Shown: piece after piece, positions 29,166-39,407 of the stretch
Layout: each line of letters opens with the position of its first letter
How positions within the stretch are numbered: position 1 is the stretch's first letter
IMG/VR virus record: IMGVR_UViG_3300033145_001136
Coordinates: 1 to 64,000 of that record
Reading direction: 5' to 3' (one strand)
Length of the DNA stretch: 64,000 nucleotides
Origin: a virus
The notes under the pieces: generated by a model
The model's input: only the letters and a program-made list of their open reading frames with translations
Database searches by the model: none
What the model was told of the DNA's origin: nothing
Made by a program: the position numbers and the translations under genes

Positions 29166-29617
29166 AATGCCTCCTTTACCTCTACTGTGTTAATTCTACT
29201 ATCCACATCAACCCTGTCTGCTTTACCATCATTAGTTATTTTTATAATTTCCGTCACACCGGGATATTGCCCCTCCAACCTAGAACACTTAAATCCGCCC
29301 ACAGATTCATGGCATCCGTTGTCTAACACATAGACATATAGATTACTAAGGGCGTAATCTCGTATTGTATGCGTTATGCCAAGATGCATCAATAAGGCAG
29401 CGTCTCCGCTAATAACAACTATTTCCTTATCACTATTTAACGCCATACCAAGACCTATACATGGAGCCAACCCCATGCTACCCTGCATATAAAAGATGTT
29501 TTTCCGTAATGGGTACATATTATATGTTGCTCTAGATATGTACCCGGTACTTGTTACATACACCGCATCACCATGTTTATCAAAAATGTATCGTAGTGCT
29601 GCCTCTCTACTAATCAT
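29153..29617 (-). CDS. Phosphonopyruvate decarboxylase, beta (TPP-binding) subunit
   Basis: STGYISR, FYMQGSMG and the TPP motif GDAALLMHLG...LDNGCHESVGG. Confidence 0.88.
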   Translation of the reverse strand: MISREAALRYIFDKHGDAVYVTSTGYISRATYNMYPLRKNIFYMQGSMGLAPCIGLGMALNSDKEIVVISGDAALLMHLGITHTIRDYALSNLYVYVLDNGCHESVGGFKCSRLEGQYPGVTEIIKITNDGKADRVDVDSRINTVEVKEALWTR

Positions 29618-29984
29618 AGCTCACCTCATAGTTACCATATCCCAAAACTACCAGTAAATCCACATCACATCTACCCATTACCTCATGTTGAAACGGAGCC
29701 GTCCTATGTCCAATTATAAGTAACGGCTCGATACCATATGGCATACATAGGCTAGCCAATGGGTTTATAGCGTTACCCAATCCTGAATTTTGCATATACA
29801 CACATGTCTTTTTACCAGCCAATTCTGCGCCAACAGCTATACCTATCGCCTGTGACTCATGCGTAGCTATGACATGCTCCACACCAGAGTCGATGATATC
29901 CTGTATAAATCCTTTTAAGGAACTATCCGGAACCCCGACAAAGAAATCATACCCCTGGTCCATTAATTTCTGTACACTAATCAT
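29610..29984 (-). CDS. Phosphonopyruvate decarboxylase, alpha subunit
   Basis: [42 protein letters not shown]. Confidence 0.88.
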   Translation of the reverse strand: MISVQKLMDQGYDFFVGVPDSSLKGFIQDIIDSGVEHVIATHESQAIGIAVGAELAGKKTCVYMQNSGLGNAINPLASLCMPYGIEPLLIIGHRTAPFQHEVMGRCDVDLLVVLGYGNYEVSYD

Positions 29985-31251
29985 TTGGTATCATCTCCAC
30001 GATATCTCTTATTGGCATACATTGTCGGTTCGCTTCAAAGCACCGTCCATGCATTAGGATCACCTTGGCTACGTCTATCATTGCTGGGTAGGCTGCCCTC
30101 AAAAGATGATTCGCATAAATAACCACGCTAACGCCCATCGCCGCAAGTTCTGACTCGAGAATGTAGCCATATGTGGATGGCACTACCACCACCGGTACTT
30201 TACCACTATATTTCTCCATGAATTGGACAATTTCTGTGACCGATTGCTGCTTACTATGTATCATAATCGCATCAGCACCAGCATTAACATATGCCTCTGC
30301 TCTATCCAGCGCATCATCCAGCCCCTTACCCAATATAAAACTTTCTATTCTGGCGATAATCATGAAATCTTCTGTTACCTGCGCACGTTTACCCGCCTGG
30401 ATTTTTTCACAGAACCCCTCTATTGTATCTTGCGTCTGATCGGACGTATTTTCAAATAGAGAATTCCGTTTCAAGCCAATCTTGTCCTCCACAATAGCCG
30501 CAGACACACCAAAACGTTCTAAATTCTTAACCATTGATGTAAAGTGTTCTATTGGACCGCCATTGTCCACATCTACAATCATCGGTTTCGTTGTAACTCC
30601 AAAAATCTCGTTGATGGTATGGTCTATGGTAGTAATGTCGACAATTTGATTATCTGGCTTGCCCTTTGAAGTAGAGTGCGTAAGACTGCTTAACCACATA
30701 CCATCAAATCCATATCCATCAAATTCAGTTTTTTCCACAATAAGCCCCGTCAACCCATTATGGACCTCAAGAATGCGCACAGTTTCTTTGGATTCAATTA
30801 AACGTCTTAATGTTCCCATACGTACGCCGGGAGTTGTGCCCAATTCTTTTATAGCCTTATGAAGTTGTGTAGACGAAATGCCTTCGGTATATGGTATTTC
30901 TATTAATTCGCCACCCCAATTGGTCAATATATCTATAACTCTTTCCCTTGTTTTTCTTTGCGGCCCCTCTTTCCAATCGTCACCATGTACCACAAACGCC
31001 GGTTGTAACAAAAGTAAATTTTCGGTATAGTCCAACGTATCTTGCGGCATAACCTCGTCCACATACCTAATACTCTTAATGATCGTTTCTCTCTGTCCAT
31101 AAGTCAATGCCGGGAGTCGCTTATATGACGCTATTGCTTCATCAGTCAATAGCCCAACTATAACTTCTCCATATTCACTTGCTTCCCTGAGAACATTGAT
31201 GTGCCCCTGGTGAATTAGGTCAGCGCTCATGCCAACATAGACTAAGCTCAT
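29977..31251 (-). CDS. pepM: Cytidylyltransferase-phosphoenolpyruvate mutase fusion (Fom1/AepX-type)
   Basis: N-terminal DLIHQGH (HxGH), VHGDDW and YTEGISST. The C-terminal domain has the PepM signature [10 protein letters not shown] plus WLSSL, DVDNGG, IARIES and YANHLLRA. Confidence 0.95.
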   Translation of the reverse strand: MSLVYVGMSADLIHQGHINVLREASEYGEVIVGLLTDEAIASYKRLPALTYGQRETIIKSIRYVDEVMPQDTLDYTENLLLLQPAFVVHGDDWKEGPQRKTRERVIDILTNWGGELIEIPYTEGISSTQLHKAIKELGTTPGVRMGTLRRLIESKETVRILEVHNGLTGLIVEKTEFDGYGFDGMWLSSLTHSTSKGKPDNQIVDITTIDHTINEIFGVTTKPMIVDVDNGGPIEHFTSMVKNLERFGVSAAIVEDKIGLKRNSLFENTSDQTQDTIEGFCEKIQAGKRAQVTEDFMIIARIESFILGKGLDDALDRAEAYVNAGADAIMIHSKQQSVTEIVQFMEKYSGKVPVVVVPSTYGYILESELAAMGVSVVIYANHLLRAAYPAMIDVAKVILMHGRCFEANRQCMPIRDIVEMIPND

Positions 31252-32105
31252 AACAACTCCTCCAGTACATCAACGAATCTGCTTGCTGCAACCCCTTGAT
31301 ACTCACACAACATCTTTGAATGCCTCAACCGTTCTTCCTCTAAATAAAGTGGGTCATTAATATACCGTATCACCGCCATTTCCATCTCTTCTTGCGAATG
31401 TGCAACAATCGCGGCCTCATTAGCACACCCAGAAATATGAGAGTTGTCAACCCCCCATCGCGCATCCCCAATTAATATAGTCGGTATATTCAACACTATT
31501 GACTCAAGGTAGATCGAAGAATAATCAGATATTACCACTCCAGCCTCCATCATGTCTTCGTTTACAGATCTTGGATTAACACTATATGCCGGATGTGGTC
31601 GCACGCGAATACAAAATCCATATCTTTCCAAAGCCATAATCGCTATTTTATCGCCAGCATACACATTAGGCGATTTTTTATGATGTGTTGGTGCATATAG
31701 AGCCCATTTACCATTTATGTTGTTAAATAGTTTATCTAGCCTTGGCATGCCAACCACCTTAATCGACAAGCCATGCATCTCATGCCACTCCGCCCAAGCC
31801 TCGGAGAATGTAAAAATAAAATCGGAGTTTTTCTGGAGATCTGCTTTAAACTTTGGTTCGGTATAGAAAGCATTTTGTGGAACCACCGGGAACGCATGCC
31901 CTATCCAAACGCCCCTACCACCCATTCTGGTGCATGCCTCATCTGGTTGTATTGTAAAATCCGCATCGTCCCAATATGCCCTATAATCATCACATATTAT
32001 GGATTCGTGCCCTCGCCTAAGTAACTCCTCATGAATGTCTGTACAATATTCTTCATGAAATTTAAAAACCGAACAGTTATGTATAACTTTCATTGTGTTC
32101 TCCAC
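31248..32105 (-). CDS. CDP-glycerol glycerophosphotransferase (TagB/TagF) family protein
   Basis: [33 protein letters not shown]. Confidence 0.75.
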   Translation of the reverse strand: MENTMKVIHNCSVFKFHEEYCTDIHEELLRRGHESIICDDYRAYWDDADFTIQPDEACTRMGGRGVWIGHAFPVVPQNAFYTEPKFKADLQKNSDFIFTFSEAWAEWHEMHGLSIKVVGMPRLDKLFNNINGKWALYAPTHHKKSPNVYAGDKIAIMALERYGFCIRVRPHPAYSVNPRSVNEDMMEAGVVISDYSSIYLESIVLNIPTILIGDARWGVDNSHISGCANEAAIVAHSQEEMEMAVIRYINDPLYLEEERLRHSKMLCEYQGVAASRFVDVLEELL

Positions 32106-33211
32106 AATGACTCATAATATATGTGATCATCAATTGACGGATCTGTTACATCATCTTCTATCCAACTTTGTAACTCCTCTACCTCGCTTGTTAGTAGCTC
32201 CCAGTCCAGTTTTTCAGATTTACAATTTTTTGCTATTAATTTATCTAAATCACCAGGTACGAAATCACGAGTCAAATGTTGAAAAAATAGTCTATGATTT
32301 TTATGCAAAAAATAGCCACCGGGCTTGGAAATCTTGTTTATCAATGCTACATAATTAAGTACTACCTCATTGGGCATTTCCGTTAGGCTATGGGAATTAA
32401 ATACTAGGTCGGCAATGTTATCCTGGAAATAGGCGGGATCATATGCGCATCCAGAGGGCAATAACAAAATATCATTATCACCATCATCTTGCTCTCCAAA
32501 TAAAACAATTTTTTTATCGGGTAGGGCATGTATTAAGAAAAATGCGGAAAGAACACCTACTTGTGGCAAGTCGATTGATATATATTGCCCATCAAAATCG
32601 TTAAACTTAAATAAGTGATATGGGAAAGAACCCCACCCACCACCAATTTCAACTATTGTGTTTTTGTTGTCCGCTAAAATATTGCTAATCTGGTATGCAT
32701 TGTATGACTGACGCATCGCTGCTCTTATCAGCACACCTTTCCCATCAGTTGATTCGTACCCAAAAAAGTTCCCAAGGCCAATAGGGTAAAATAACGACTC
32801 CTCACTAATCACACCACTTGTCAGCTCTCTCCATTTTTCAATTTGCCATAATGTTGCGTCCACAAACCAATCAAACCCATATTGCTTAACAATTTTTATA
32901 TCATCATATAAGGATAATCCTTGTGTTGCTGGTTTTCGCCCAAAATTGAACAAGAATTTGCTAAGTGGAGCAATATCACCAAATTTAATTAGCCTATCTA
33001 TCGCAGTTATTATATTTGATGGATGCCACAGATCTGTTCCCACTGGTATAGATACCAAATCGGTATTTAAGTGCGGCATATCTTGCCCATATGCCATAGA
33101 CACATTGTAAAAATTGATAAGCCTTTCATACGTTTCATCTGATAAACTACTGTTTATCTTCGTTCGACCATGTGAGGCCGTTAACCCATCAACAGTTATT
33201 ATTTTGTCCAT
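32090..33211 (-). CDS. Putative sugar O-methyltransferase
   Basis: IVEIGGGWG, YISIDLP, DLVFNSHSLTEM...YV. Confidence 0.75.
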   Translation of the reverse strand: MDKIITVDGLTASHGRTKINSSLSDETYERLINFYNVSMAYGQDMPHLNTDLVSIPVGTDLWHPSNIITAIDRLIKFGDIAPLSKFLFNFGRKPATQGLSLYDDIKIVKQYGFDWFVDATLWQIEKWRELTSGVISEESLFYPIGLGNFFGYESTDGKGVLIRAAMRQSYNAYQISNILADNKNTIVEIGGGWGSFPYHLFKFNDFDGQYISIDLPQVGVLSAFFLIHALPDKKIVLFGEQDDGDNDILLLPSGCAYDPAYFQDNIADLVFNSHSLTEMPNEVVLNYVALINKISKPGGYFLHKNHRLFFQHLTRDFVPGDLDKLIAKNCKSEKLDWELLTSEVEELQSWIEDDVTDPSIDDHIYYESLWRTQ

Positions 33212-33924
33212 AATGCTTTCTGATAATCGGAATAAAATGTGACCACGTTTTTGTAGTATGGTTCCAATTTAAGTCCTAGTTTCACCAATGTGTTCGTAAA
33301 TGGGACTTCTCCAGCCCATACATGATGGTCTACATTGGTTTCTTCTTCTGGCCCTTTATAGTGTGGAATACACCCATGAACTGCAACAATTTCATCTATG
33401 TATTCCCTACTGGTACAGCCAGCTCCACCATGCACGTGCTCTGTTGATCTACCCCTATGGCCAAGCTCCCCATGTACAGCTACATATGCAATCAACTGCT
33501 CACTATTCAATTGCCCTATACACCCCATTATACAATGTTGCTCAATAAGTAATTGGTCATCCTCTAAAAAAATCCAGTACTCATATTGTTCCCGCAACTG
33601 TTTAAATGCGTAATTATATCCCCCAAAAGCTCTCCCAACATTCTCCCTGGTTAATATAACCATTTCCCCATTCTTTGTTTTTGTTCCATTTATTGATGCA
33701 AGATATTTATTCCCTGGTGTATACCCAATATCGTTATTAACGATAATGGTATCAACGCATATGCCATTATCTACCGATTGCTCTAGCTGATATATTACTT
33801 TTAACATCTCCAAAATACCTTCAGCATCTAATCCCTCTTGACTATGCGAAGGCCACGTGCGCACCTCTTTTTTCCTGTTAGCAAAAGTTGTTACAATTAC
33901 TTTTGCCACATTTGCGTTCGACAT
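33199..33924 (-). CDS. GT-A fold glycosyltransferase-like protein
   Basis: IIVNND, RENVGRAFGGYNYAF, YWIFLEDD. Confidence 0.6.
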   Translation of the reverse strand: MSNANVAKVIVTTFANRKKEVRTWPSHSQEGLDAEGILEMLKVIYQLEQSVDNGICVDTIIVNNDIGYTPGNKYLASINGTKTKNGEMVILTRENVGRAFGGYNYAFKQLREQYEYWIFLEDDQLLIEQHCIMGCIGQLNSEQLIAYVAVHGELGHRGRSTEHVHGGAGCTSREYIDEIVAVHGCIPHYKGPEEETNVDHHVWAGEVPFTNTLVKLGLKLEPYYKNVVTFYSDYQKALWTK

Positions 33925-33927
33925 GCC

Positions 33928-34527
33928 CTACCTCTTCACACAAATGGTGATTGATGGATATGGCCTAATAACAACTGCATCATAAATTGTGCCAATTAAT
34001 GGGTGTCCGTTTATTACTGGTTGAATTTTGGGTTTATTAAATTTCTTCATCCAGGGTACCATATCGCGTTTCTCACTCCCACCCTCGAATATTAGTACCC
34101 CGCCAGTAGTTAGCTTATACTCTGCATCTACCAAAAATCTATCAAATACAGCTCCATTATTGGATATGTCGACATGCATAAAATCAATTGTGTTATCTTC
34201 ATAGTCGTCTAGCACACTGTATGCATCTTTTTGAATTAAATCTACCCAATCCTGCAATGCTACAGCATCGATACTCAATTGTGTCTCACTCTGGAGCGTA
34301 TGGTGATATGCATACTTATCCCATAAATCATATGCATATAGATGCCCATAGTTGTTATCTCTCAATGCTGCAGCTATAAAAATAGTACTATATCCACCCA
34401 GTGTACCTATTTCTACGCACCTACTTGGATTTATGCAACGTAGTAATGAATAGAACATTTGTCCATAATTATTACGCTTATAAGAAGATGTTATTAAGTT
34501 TGCCTGTGCTATTACGTCATCTATCAT
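33928..34527 (-). CDS. Class I SAM-dependent methyltransferase (Methyltransf_24-like)
   Basis: CVEIGTLGGYST, YAYDLW, IDFMHVD, LTTGGVLIF. Confidence 0.8.
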   Translation of the reverse strand: MIDDVIAQANLITSSYKRNNYGQMFYSLLRCINPSRCVEIGTLGGYSTIFIAAALRDNNYGHLYAYDLWDKYAYHHTLQSETQLSIDAVALQDWVDLIQKDAYSVLDDYEDNTIDFMHVDISNNGAVFDRFLVDAEYKLTTGGVLIFEGGSEKRDMVPWMKKFNKPKIQPVINGHPLIGTIYDAVVIRPYPSITICVKR

Positions 34528-34528
34528 C

Positions 34529-35710
34529 TTACCAACCCTTCTTAATCATTTCGACTATATATTCCGCATCTTCTGATGTTACCCAATGCCCCACCGGGAT
34601 ACTAATTTGGTGCTTATCACAATATTCCAAGTTATGTAAGCATTCTTTTGATTTAAATTCACTAAATACCGCATATTTATCATTCCTGACATGTACAACA
34701 CTCGTATGTATATTTCTATCTCGCATCGCCCTAATAAAGTCATCACGTTTTTCAACAAATATAGTATATAAATAGTATGCAGACTTTGTGCCTACTTTCA
34801 TTTGCTCATGTAGCGGGACCGGTAGCGACAAAATCCCCGGCACATTCATTAGTTTGTCATCATAAAACATAGCGTTAAGTCTGCGTATTTCTAAATTCTC
34901 ATCAAGATATGGTAATTGTGATAGCCCAATTGTTGCAGAAACATCATTCATGTGCCCTTTCAGCCCAACCTCCATTATTTCCCAATCGTCGTGCCCTGTA
35001 AGTGCTTTTCTTCTATATCGCCTATCAATCCCATACCATCTCAAAACTCTGATATGTTCATAGTCTTCTGCCTTATATGTAGTAACTAGCCCACCATCTA
35101 TAGATGTCATTTGCTTAACAGCTTGTAGGGAAAACATGCAAAAGTCTGAGTGTTTGCCGAGCCCATAATTGCACACGCCCACAGGACGGCCATGATAGTA
35201 TGCCCCATTCGCATGTGCGGCATCCTCTATAATATTGATATATTGTCCAGGGCCTTGGCTCACAGCAGCTCTAAGCCTATACATATCAATTGGATATCCG
35301 CCCCAATGTACAGCGGCCACTGCTTTTGTCTTGTTGGTAATTAATTGTGACACTGAGTTTGGGTCTATATTACCTGTCTCTGTATCAACATCTGCCCAAA
35401 CTATTTTTGCTCCCGCTCGTAGAAACGGTAATGTCCCCGCAGTACACGTCAATGGGGACATTAATATCTCGTCCCCAGGTGCAATATCTAGCAACATAGC
35501 TATTAAATCAAGCCCTACTGTCCCGGAACACACAGCATTGACAAATGTGGTATCAAACCTCTCTGCGAATTTTCCCTCTAGCTCCTTCACCTTTGGCCCC
35601 TCGCCAATCCATCCACTCTCGAGTACTGGCCTTAATGCATCTAAAACTTCATCTACAGGAGGCATAAACACCTTAAGCAGTGGTATCATTTCTTTTGGCT
35701 TATACGACAT
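34529..35710 (-). CDS. DegT/DnrJ/EryC1/StrS family PLP-dependent sugar aminotransferase
   Basis: SGWIGEGP, SGTVGL, VHWGGYP, IEDAAHA, FSLQAVKQMTSIDGG (PLP Lys), LRWYGI. Confidence 0.92.
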   Translation of the reverse strand: MSYKPKEMIPLLKVFMPPVDEVLDALRPVLESGWIGEGPKVKELEGKFAERFDTTFVNAVCSGTVGLDLIAMLLDIAPGDEILMSPLTCTAGTLPFLRAGAKIVWADVDTETGNIDPNSVSQLITNKTKAVAAVHWGGYPIDMYRLRAAVSQGPGQYINIIEDAAHANGAYYHGRPVGVCNYGLGKHSDFCMFSLQAVKQMTSIDGGLVTTYKAEDYEHIRVLRWYGIDRRYRRKALTGHDDWEIMEVGLKGHMNDVSATIGLSQLPYLDENLEIRRLNAMFYDDKLMNVPGILSLPVPLHEQMKVGTKSAYYLYTIFVEKRDDFIRAMRDRNIHTSVVHVRNDKYAVFSEFKSKECLHNLEYCDKHQISIPVGHWVTSEDAEYIVEMIKKGW

Positions 35711-35712
35711 TA

Positions 35713-36528
35713 TTAATCTCCTAGTAGTTCACCAAGTCTAAACACTTCGTTTTCAAATTGCCTTGTTGAAAATCCCCATTTTTCCTCAAACATCTTATGT
35801 GCCACTTGCCTTGCGGACCATGCCCATTTGCTTGTAGTGGCCTCTACAAAATGGTACACAAGGCATTCGGGCACATTACACATTCTCTCTGGATGTCCTT
35901 TGTGGAATCTGTTATAAAATTGTACCACCCAATCAGGGTCAGAACAAAATCCTGGCCAAAATCTTGTATCCCACCCACCGAGATCAATCCAATCCTTTGT
36001 CCTAACTACCTGTGGCTCCATTGTTATTTTTCTGTCTTGTTTAATATTATTATCCACAAACCAAGTTAATAAAGCTTGCTCTCTAAAGGTTTCTATGTAA
36101 CGCCCAAAGTCTTTTTGAATAGTTATATCACCCCTGGAAGGCACAGGCTCAATCAGCGATAAAGCTCTCCAAATACCCGGTTCATCCGGATCGGTTATAC
36201 TTTCCGCCAGCGCTTTATCCCATCCTGGTAAATAATACATATCGTTGTCTGTCGGCAATACAAAATCAACTTCTATCTTCGGTGTTAATACCTCATACGC
36301 CAAAGGAATACCCTGGTTATCAGGAGAACATGTCCAATCAAAATGATGCCATTCTTCCTCAAGACACTCAGCGGCAAATCTATCTTTGTCAGAAAATTCG
36401 TTAAAATGTACCAAAAATTGATGATTATCTGGCCATTCGCTATTCTCTATTATGCTCCGTGCCGACAGCTTAACAAGGTCTGGTCGATTCAGTGATGGAA
36501 CTAATATTGCTACACTAATTTCATTCAT
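35713..36528 (-). CDS. Glycosyltransferase family 2
   Basis: ILVPSLNR, NQGIP, TDNDMYYLPGWD, GGWDTRFWPGFCSDPDW, VYHF. Start taken as ATG 36528 (ATGA overlap). Confidence 0.8.
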   Translation of the reverse strand: MNEISVAILVPSLNRPDLVKLSARSIIENSEWPDNHQFLVHFNEFSDKDRFAAECLEEEWHHFDWTCSPDNQGIPLAYEVLTPKIEVDFVLPTDNDMYYLPGWDKALAESITDPDEPGIWRALSLIEPVPSRGDITIQKDFGRYIETFREQALLTWFVDNNIKQDRKITMEPQVVRTKDWIDLGGWDTRFWPGFCSDPDWVVQFYNRFHKGHPERMCNVPECLVYHFVEATTSKWAWSARQVAHKMFEEKWGFSTRQFENEVFRLGELLGD

Positions 36529-37391
36529 GGCAAATCCCTTATGGTCTCTATCCAAGTTTCTATAGGGTGTAGGTGCCCAAATATTTGTATTGCCATATTC
36601 GTGAGTTCTTTGTCTTCAATGAGCTCTTTTAATTGTTTTGCCACACGTGGATCTTGCCAACGCTCCAGTACACGCATATTGTTAGCTTTCCCATCGTAAT
36701 CAAATTTATTGAAACTGCTCCCACCACCTCTCCATGGTATGTCATTATATGGGAGTGCGCATCCTGGTGCTAGATCAAATTTTTCCCCTATTTTTGCCCT
36801 ATACTCCGCGCTAAGGAACCACTCATTAAATAAAATAGGAATCAGTTGATATTCTGTTACATTTGTTTCCCCCAAAATTTCCCGACACAAACTTTTATAA
36901 CATTCTATATATTTTGGATTATCTAATACATCGTTCTTGTGCATAAGTCTACTAGCTGTCCAATTAAATGGATCTCGCAATATAAGGATATCGTACACAC
37001 GCCTGCTAGCTCCCCTCTTCCAGTATTTATGTCGTGCTACCCCCTTGTCTCCACGAAATAGTTCAGTTCTTTCAGTTGGTTGGTTCAGTTCTTGAATGGC
37101 TTCCCCTAACGAAAATTCTAGTTCTATGGAATACATGAAAGTCTCGCGATAAGGGAAACCATTCAAGATATCTAATGCACTTGTGATAGTTGTATGTGAA
37201 AGTTCTGCTCTGCATTCTCTCTGTGTATACCCCCGAAGCACTGAACAATTTCTAAGAGCCTTCTCCCTATCGAATACCCCCTGTATATGCATACATGGGA
37301 TCTGTGCATGGTATTCAATCCAATGCGTTACGGCCTGATGCCCGCCCCTACTTAAGGCAAACATCCTTAATTCTCGTTCATTAAATATCAT
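36525..37391 (-). CDS. Sulfotransferase-like P-loop protein (paralog 3)
   Basis: SRGGHQAVTHWI, LRDPFNWTASR, ILFNEWF, GGGSSFN, VLERW. Confidence 0.6.
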   Translation of the reverse strand: MIFNERELRMFALSRGGHQAVTHWIEYHAQIPCMHIQGVFDREKALRNCSVLRGYTQRECRAELSHTTITSALDILNGFPYRETFMYSIELEFSLGEAIQELNQPTERTELFRGDKGVARHKYWKRGASRRVYDILILRDPFNWTASRLMHKNDVLDNPKYIECYKSLCREILGETNVTEYQLIPILFNEWFLSAEYRAKIGEKFDLAPGCALPYNDIPWRGGGSSFNKFDYDGKANNMRVLERWQDPRVAKQLKELIEDKELTNMAIQIFGHLHPIETWIETIRDLP

Positions 37392-38182
37392 AAATACTCC
37401 ACATAATTGCCTTCATCATCAAATGTTGGGCCATGTTCCGCATGAGGCTGCATTTCGATACTCATTTTTCTTACAGTGGACCCACATTCTTTAGCAAACA
37501 TCTGTTCATATTTATGTACCCCCTTTATAAATCTGGCCCTACCCTGTGGTCGCGTTGTAAGCCTAAAATGATAAATAAACGATGCTGGATGATTTAGTTG
37601 TAACCTACCGCGTTTTTTACAATATTTATATGCATTGTATAACAAATAAAATTCGCCAAGAAAACACCGTTCATCAAACCCACCTATTTTCAAAAAATCT
37701 TCTGTCCGCATCGCGGCAGGCAAATACGAAGCAACATATCTGACCGGATGCATTCTATGTGCAAAATCTTTTTTAAGTCGCTCTTCCTCAAATGTATCGA
37801 TGGTTCTACCATAATCGCCGACAATCGATCTATTAGGACGATCAGGTTCAATTTGTGTTGGTGCCCTCCATGCACCAATACCGGTTAATTCATCCGTAAT
37901 ACAGTCCCACCCAGGTAACATATACATATCTACATCACAAATAAACATCGTTTCATATTTCACGTCCTGAGCCATTGTGTTGTAGGCCACACCAACGCCT
38001 ACGTTATTCAGTTGTCGGTAACATTGTACATCTTTTGAGTCACACCAATCTGCAGTGCCATCTTTACTACCATTATCCCACACCATTAATTCATATGGGC
38101 CAACAGTATGCTCTTCTAGCGATTTATGTAACAATTTAAGATAATCTAACTGATTATGGCATGGTACTAGTACGCTAATCAT
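37388..38182 (-). CDS. Glycosyltransferase family 2
   Basis: ISVLVPCHN, WDNGSKDGT, CDVDMYMLPGWD, IGGFDE, IYHF. It is a paralog of 35713-36528. Confidence 0.85.
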   Translation of the reverse strand: MISVLVPCHNQLDYLKLLHKSLEEHTVGPYELMVWDNGSKDGTADWCDSKDVQCYRQLNNVGVGVAYNTMAQDVKYETMFICDVDMYMLPGWDCITDELTGIGAWRAPTQIEPDRPNRSIVGDYGRTIDTFEEERLKKDFAHRMHPVRYVASYLPAAMRTEDFLKIGGFDERCFLGEFYLLYNAYKYCKKRGRLQLNHPASFIYHFRLTTRPQGRARFIKGVHKYEQMFAKECGSTVRKMSIEMQPHAEHGPTFDDEGNYVEYL

Positions 38183-39405
38183 AATTTAGATTTTATCCAT
38201 TTTGGCATTGTCTCCACATACTCTTGTCCATCGAAATAGTATGATCGGTCATGCTCTTCTTTTGTTTTTAATCGCTGGTGCCACCCGGTCATAATATTAC
38301 CACTCCTGGCAAATGTCTGCTGCGATCTCCATAGGTGCCGCTCAAGACACCAATCGTAATCTACCCTATGTAAGTGCACAAAAATCAGGTCTTCGTCTGT
38401 TTCTATGTCCATCGCTATATGTATTCCATCTATTAATTGTGATGCTGCTTTATACGCAAGTCCCCAATAAATAGGGATTTTAGTTATTGCGGGCTTATCC
38501 GCATGATCACCAGCACCTCCTACCCGTGTGGTTGCATCTCGCCTATACCAATACTTGCGCTGCTTCAAAATAGGTTTTGTAAAATCTAATGCTGGTTCCT
38601 CATCTGGATTATGCCACACTTCATAACACACATTTCTAATAACATCAGCCTCCATTTTTTCAACATAATCCATCAGGTCAGCATATTTATCAGAATTAGG
38701 TATCAAAAACTCATCTGTTTCCACAAATATGACGGTCTCATATTCTTTAAGCAATTCGTGCTGGAATTGATTAACCATGTCCACCATCCAGCGACGAGCA
38801 AAGTACTCCTCATTCTTAATTAGAATCGTGTTACATAATAAATCATCAGTTGACCCATCGTTACTTTGATGATCAAGTATGTACACATTCTCATTACCAA
38901 ATATCTTTGCATAATAATCAACCCATATTGGTAAGATTACTGCCTCATTTTTAGATATAGTAAATACAGCACACTTACGTTTCTGTGTCTTAAATATTCC
39001 AAGCGATTTGGCATCAATTATTTCCGTAATCTTCGGAGTAGGCTTTGCATCATCCTGTAATTCAACTTTGGCAATCGTTCTGGCTGCTAAAGATTTGTCA
39101 TGTTTGGTTTCGTTTTGTGCTTGTTTAAACGAATTTGGCACAACACCCTTAGCAATTTGTTTAAGTGTGTCAAGCATTAAATTATATTTAGATTTAAACT
39201 CCGCCCCTGATTTTGTACCAACATCTGGTATGCTAAGTCTTATTTGCAACGTTAAATCTATTGCAGACCCTTCCTCGGAAACCTCGATTTTTTTAATAAT
39301 ATCAGATTTTTCCATTGCTGGCTTCAGTGCTTTTTTCGCTGTTTTCTTTATTCCTTTCTTATTATCGCTTGGCAAATGTCTTGCCTTACCCCCTGAAATT
39401 GGCAT
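38179..39405 (-). CDS. GT2-like glycosyltransferase (Glyco_tranf_2_4-like) with a basic N-terminal extension
   Basis: TISKNEAVILPIWVDYY, ILDHQSNDGST, IFVETDEF, VHLH. The first ~140 aa are Lys-rich. Confidence 0.75.
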   Translation of the reverse strand: MPISGGKARHLPSDNKKGIKKTAKKALKPAMEKSDIIKKIEVSEEGSAIDLTLQIRLSIPDVGTKSGAEFKSKYNLMLDTLKQIAKGVVPNSFKQAQNETKHDKSLAARTIAKVELQDDAKPTPKITEIIDAKSLGIFKTQKRKCAVFTISKNEAVILPIWVDYYAKIFGNENVYILDHQSNDGSTDDLLCNTILIKNEEYFARRWMVDMVNQFQHELLKEYETVIFVETDEFLIPNSDKYADLMDYVEKMEADVIRNVCYEVWHNPDEEPALDFTKPILKQRKYWYRRDATTRVGGAGDHADKPAITKIPIYWGLAYKAASQLIDGIHIAMDIETDEDLIFVHLHRVDYDWCLERHLWRSQQTFARSGNIMTGWHQRLKTKEEHDRSYYFDGQEYVETMPKWIKSKL

Positions 39406-39407
39406 TC

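Noticed and set aside
29153-29984. Split decarboxylase as sulfopyruvate decarboxylase ComDE
   Set aside because: It is directly coupled to a PepM with the EDKxxxxxNS signature and to an Fe-ADH, and the GVPDS and STGYISR motifs fit Ppd.
28383-31251. Fosfomycin or other phosphonate antibiotic cluster
   Set aside because: No radical-SAM methyltransferase, epoxidase, resistance kinase or exporter is visible, and the context is glycosyltransferases.
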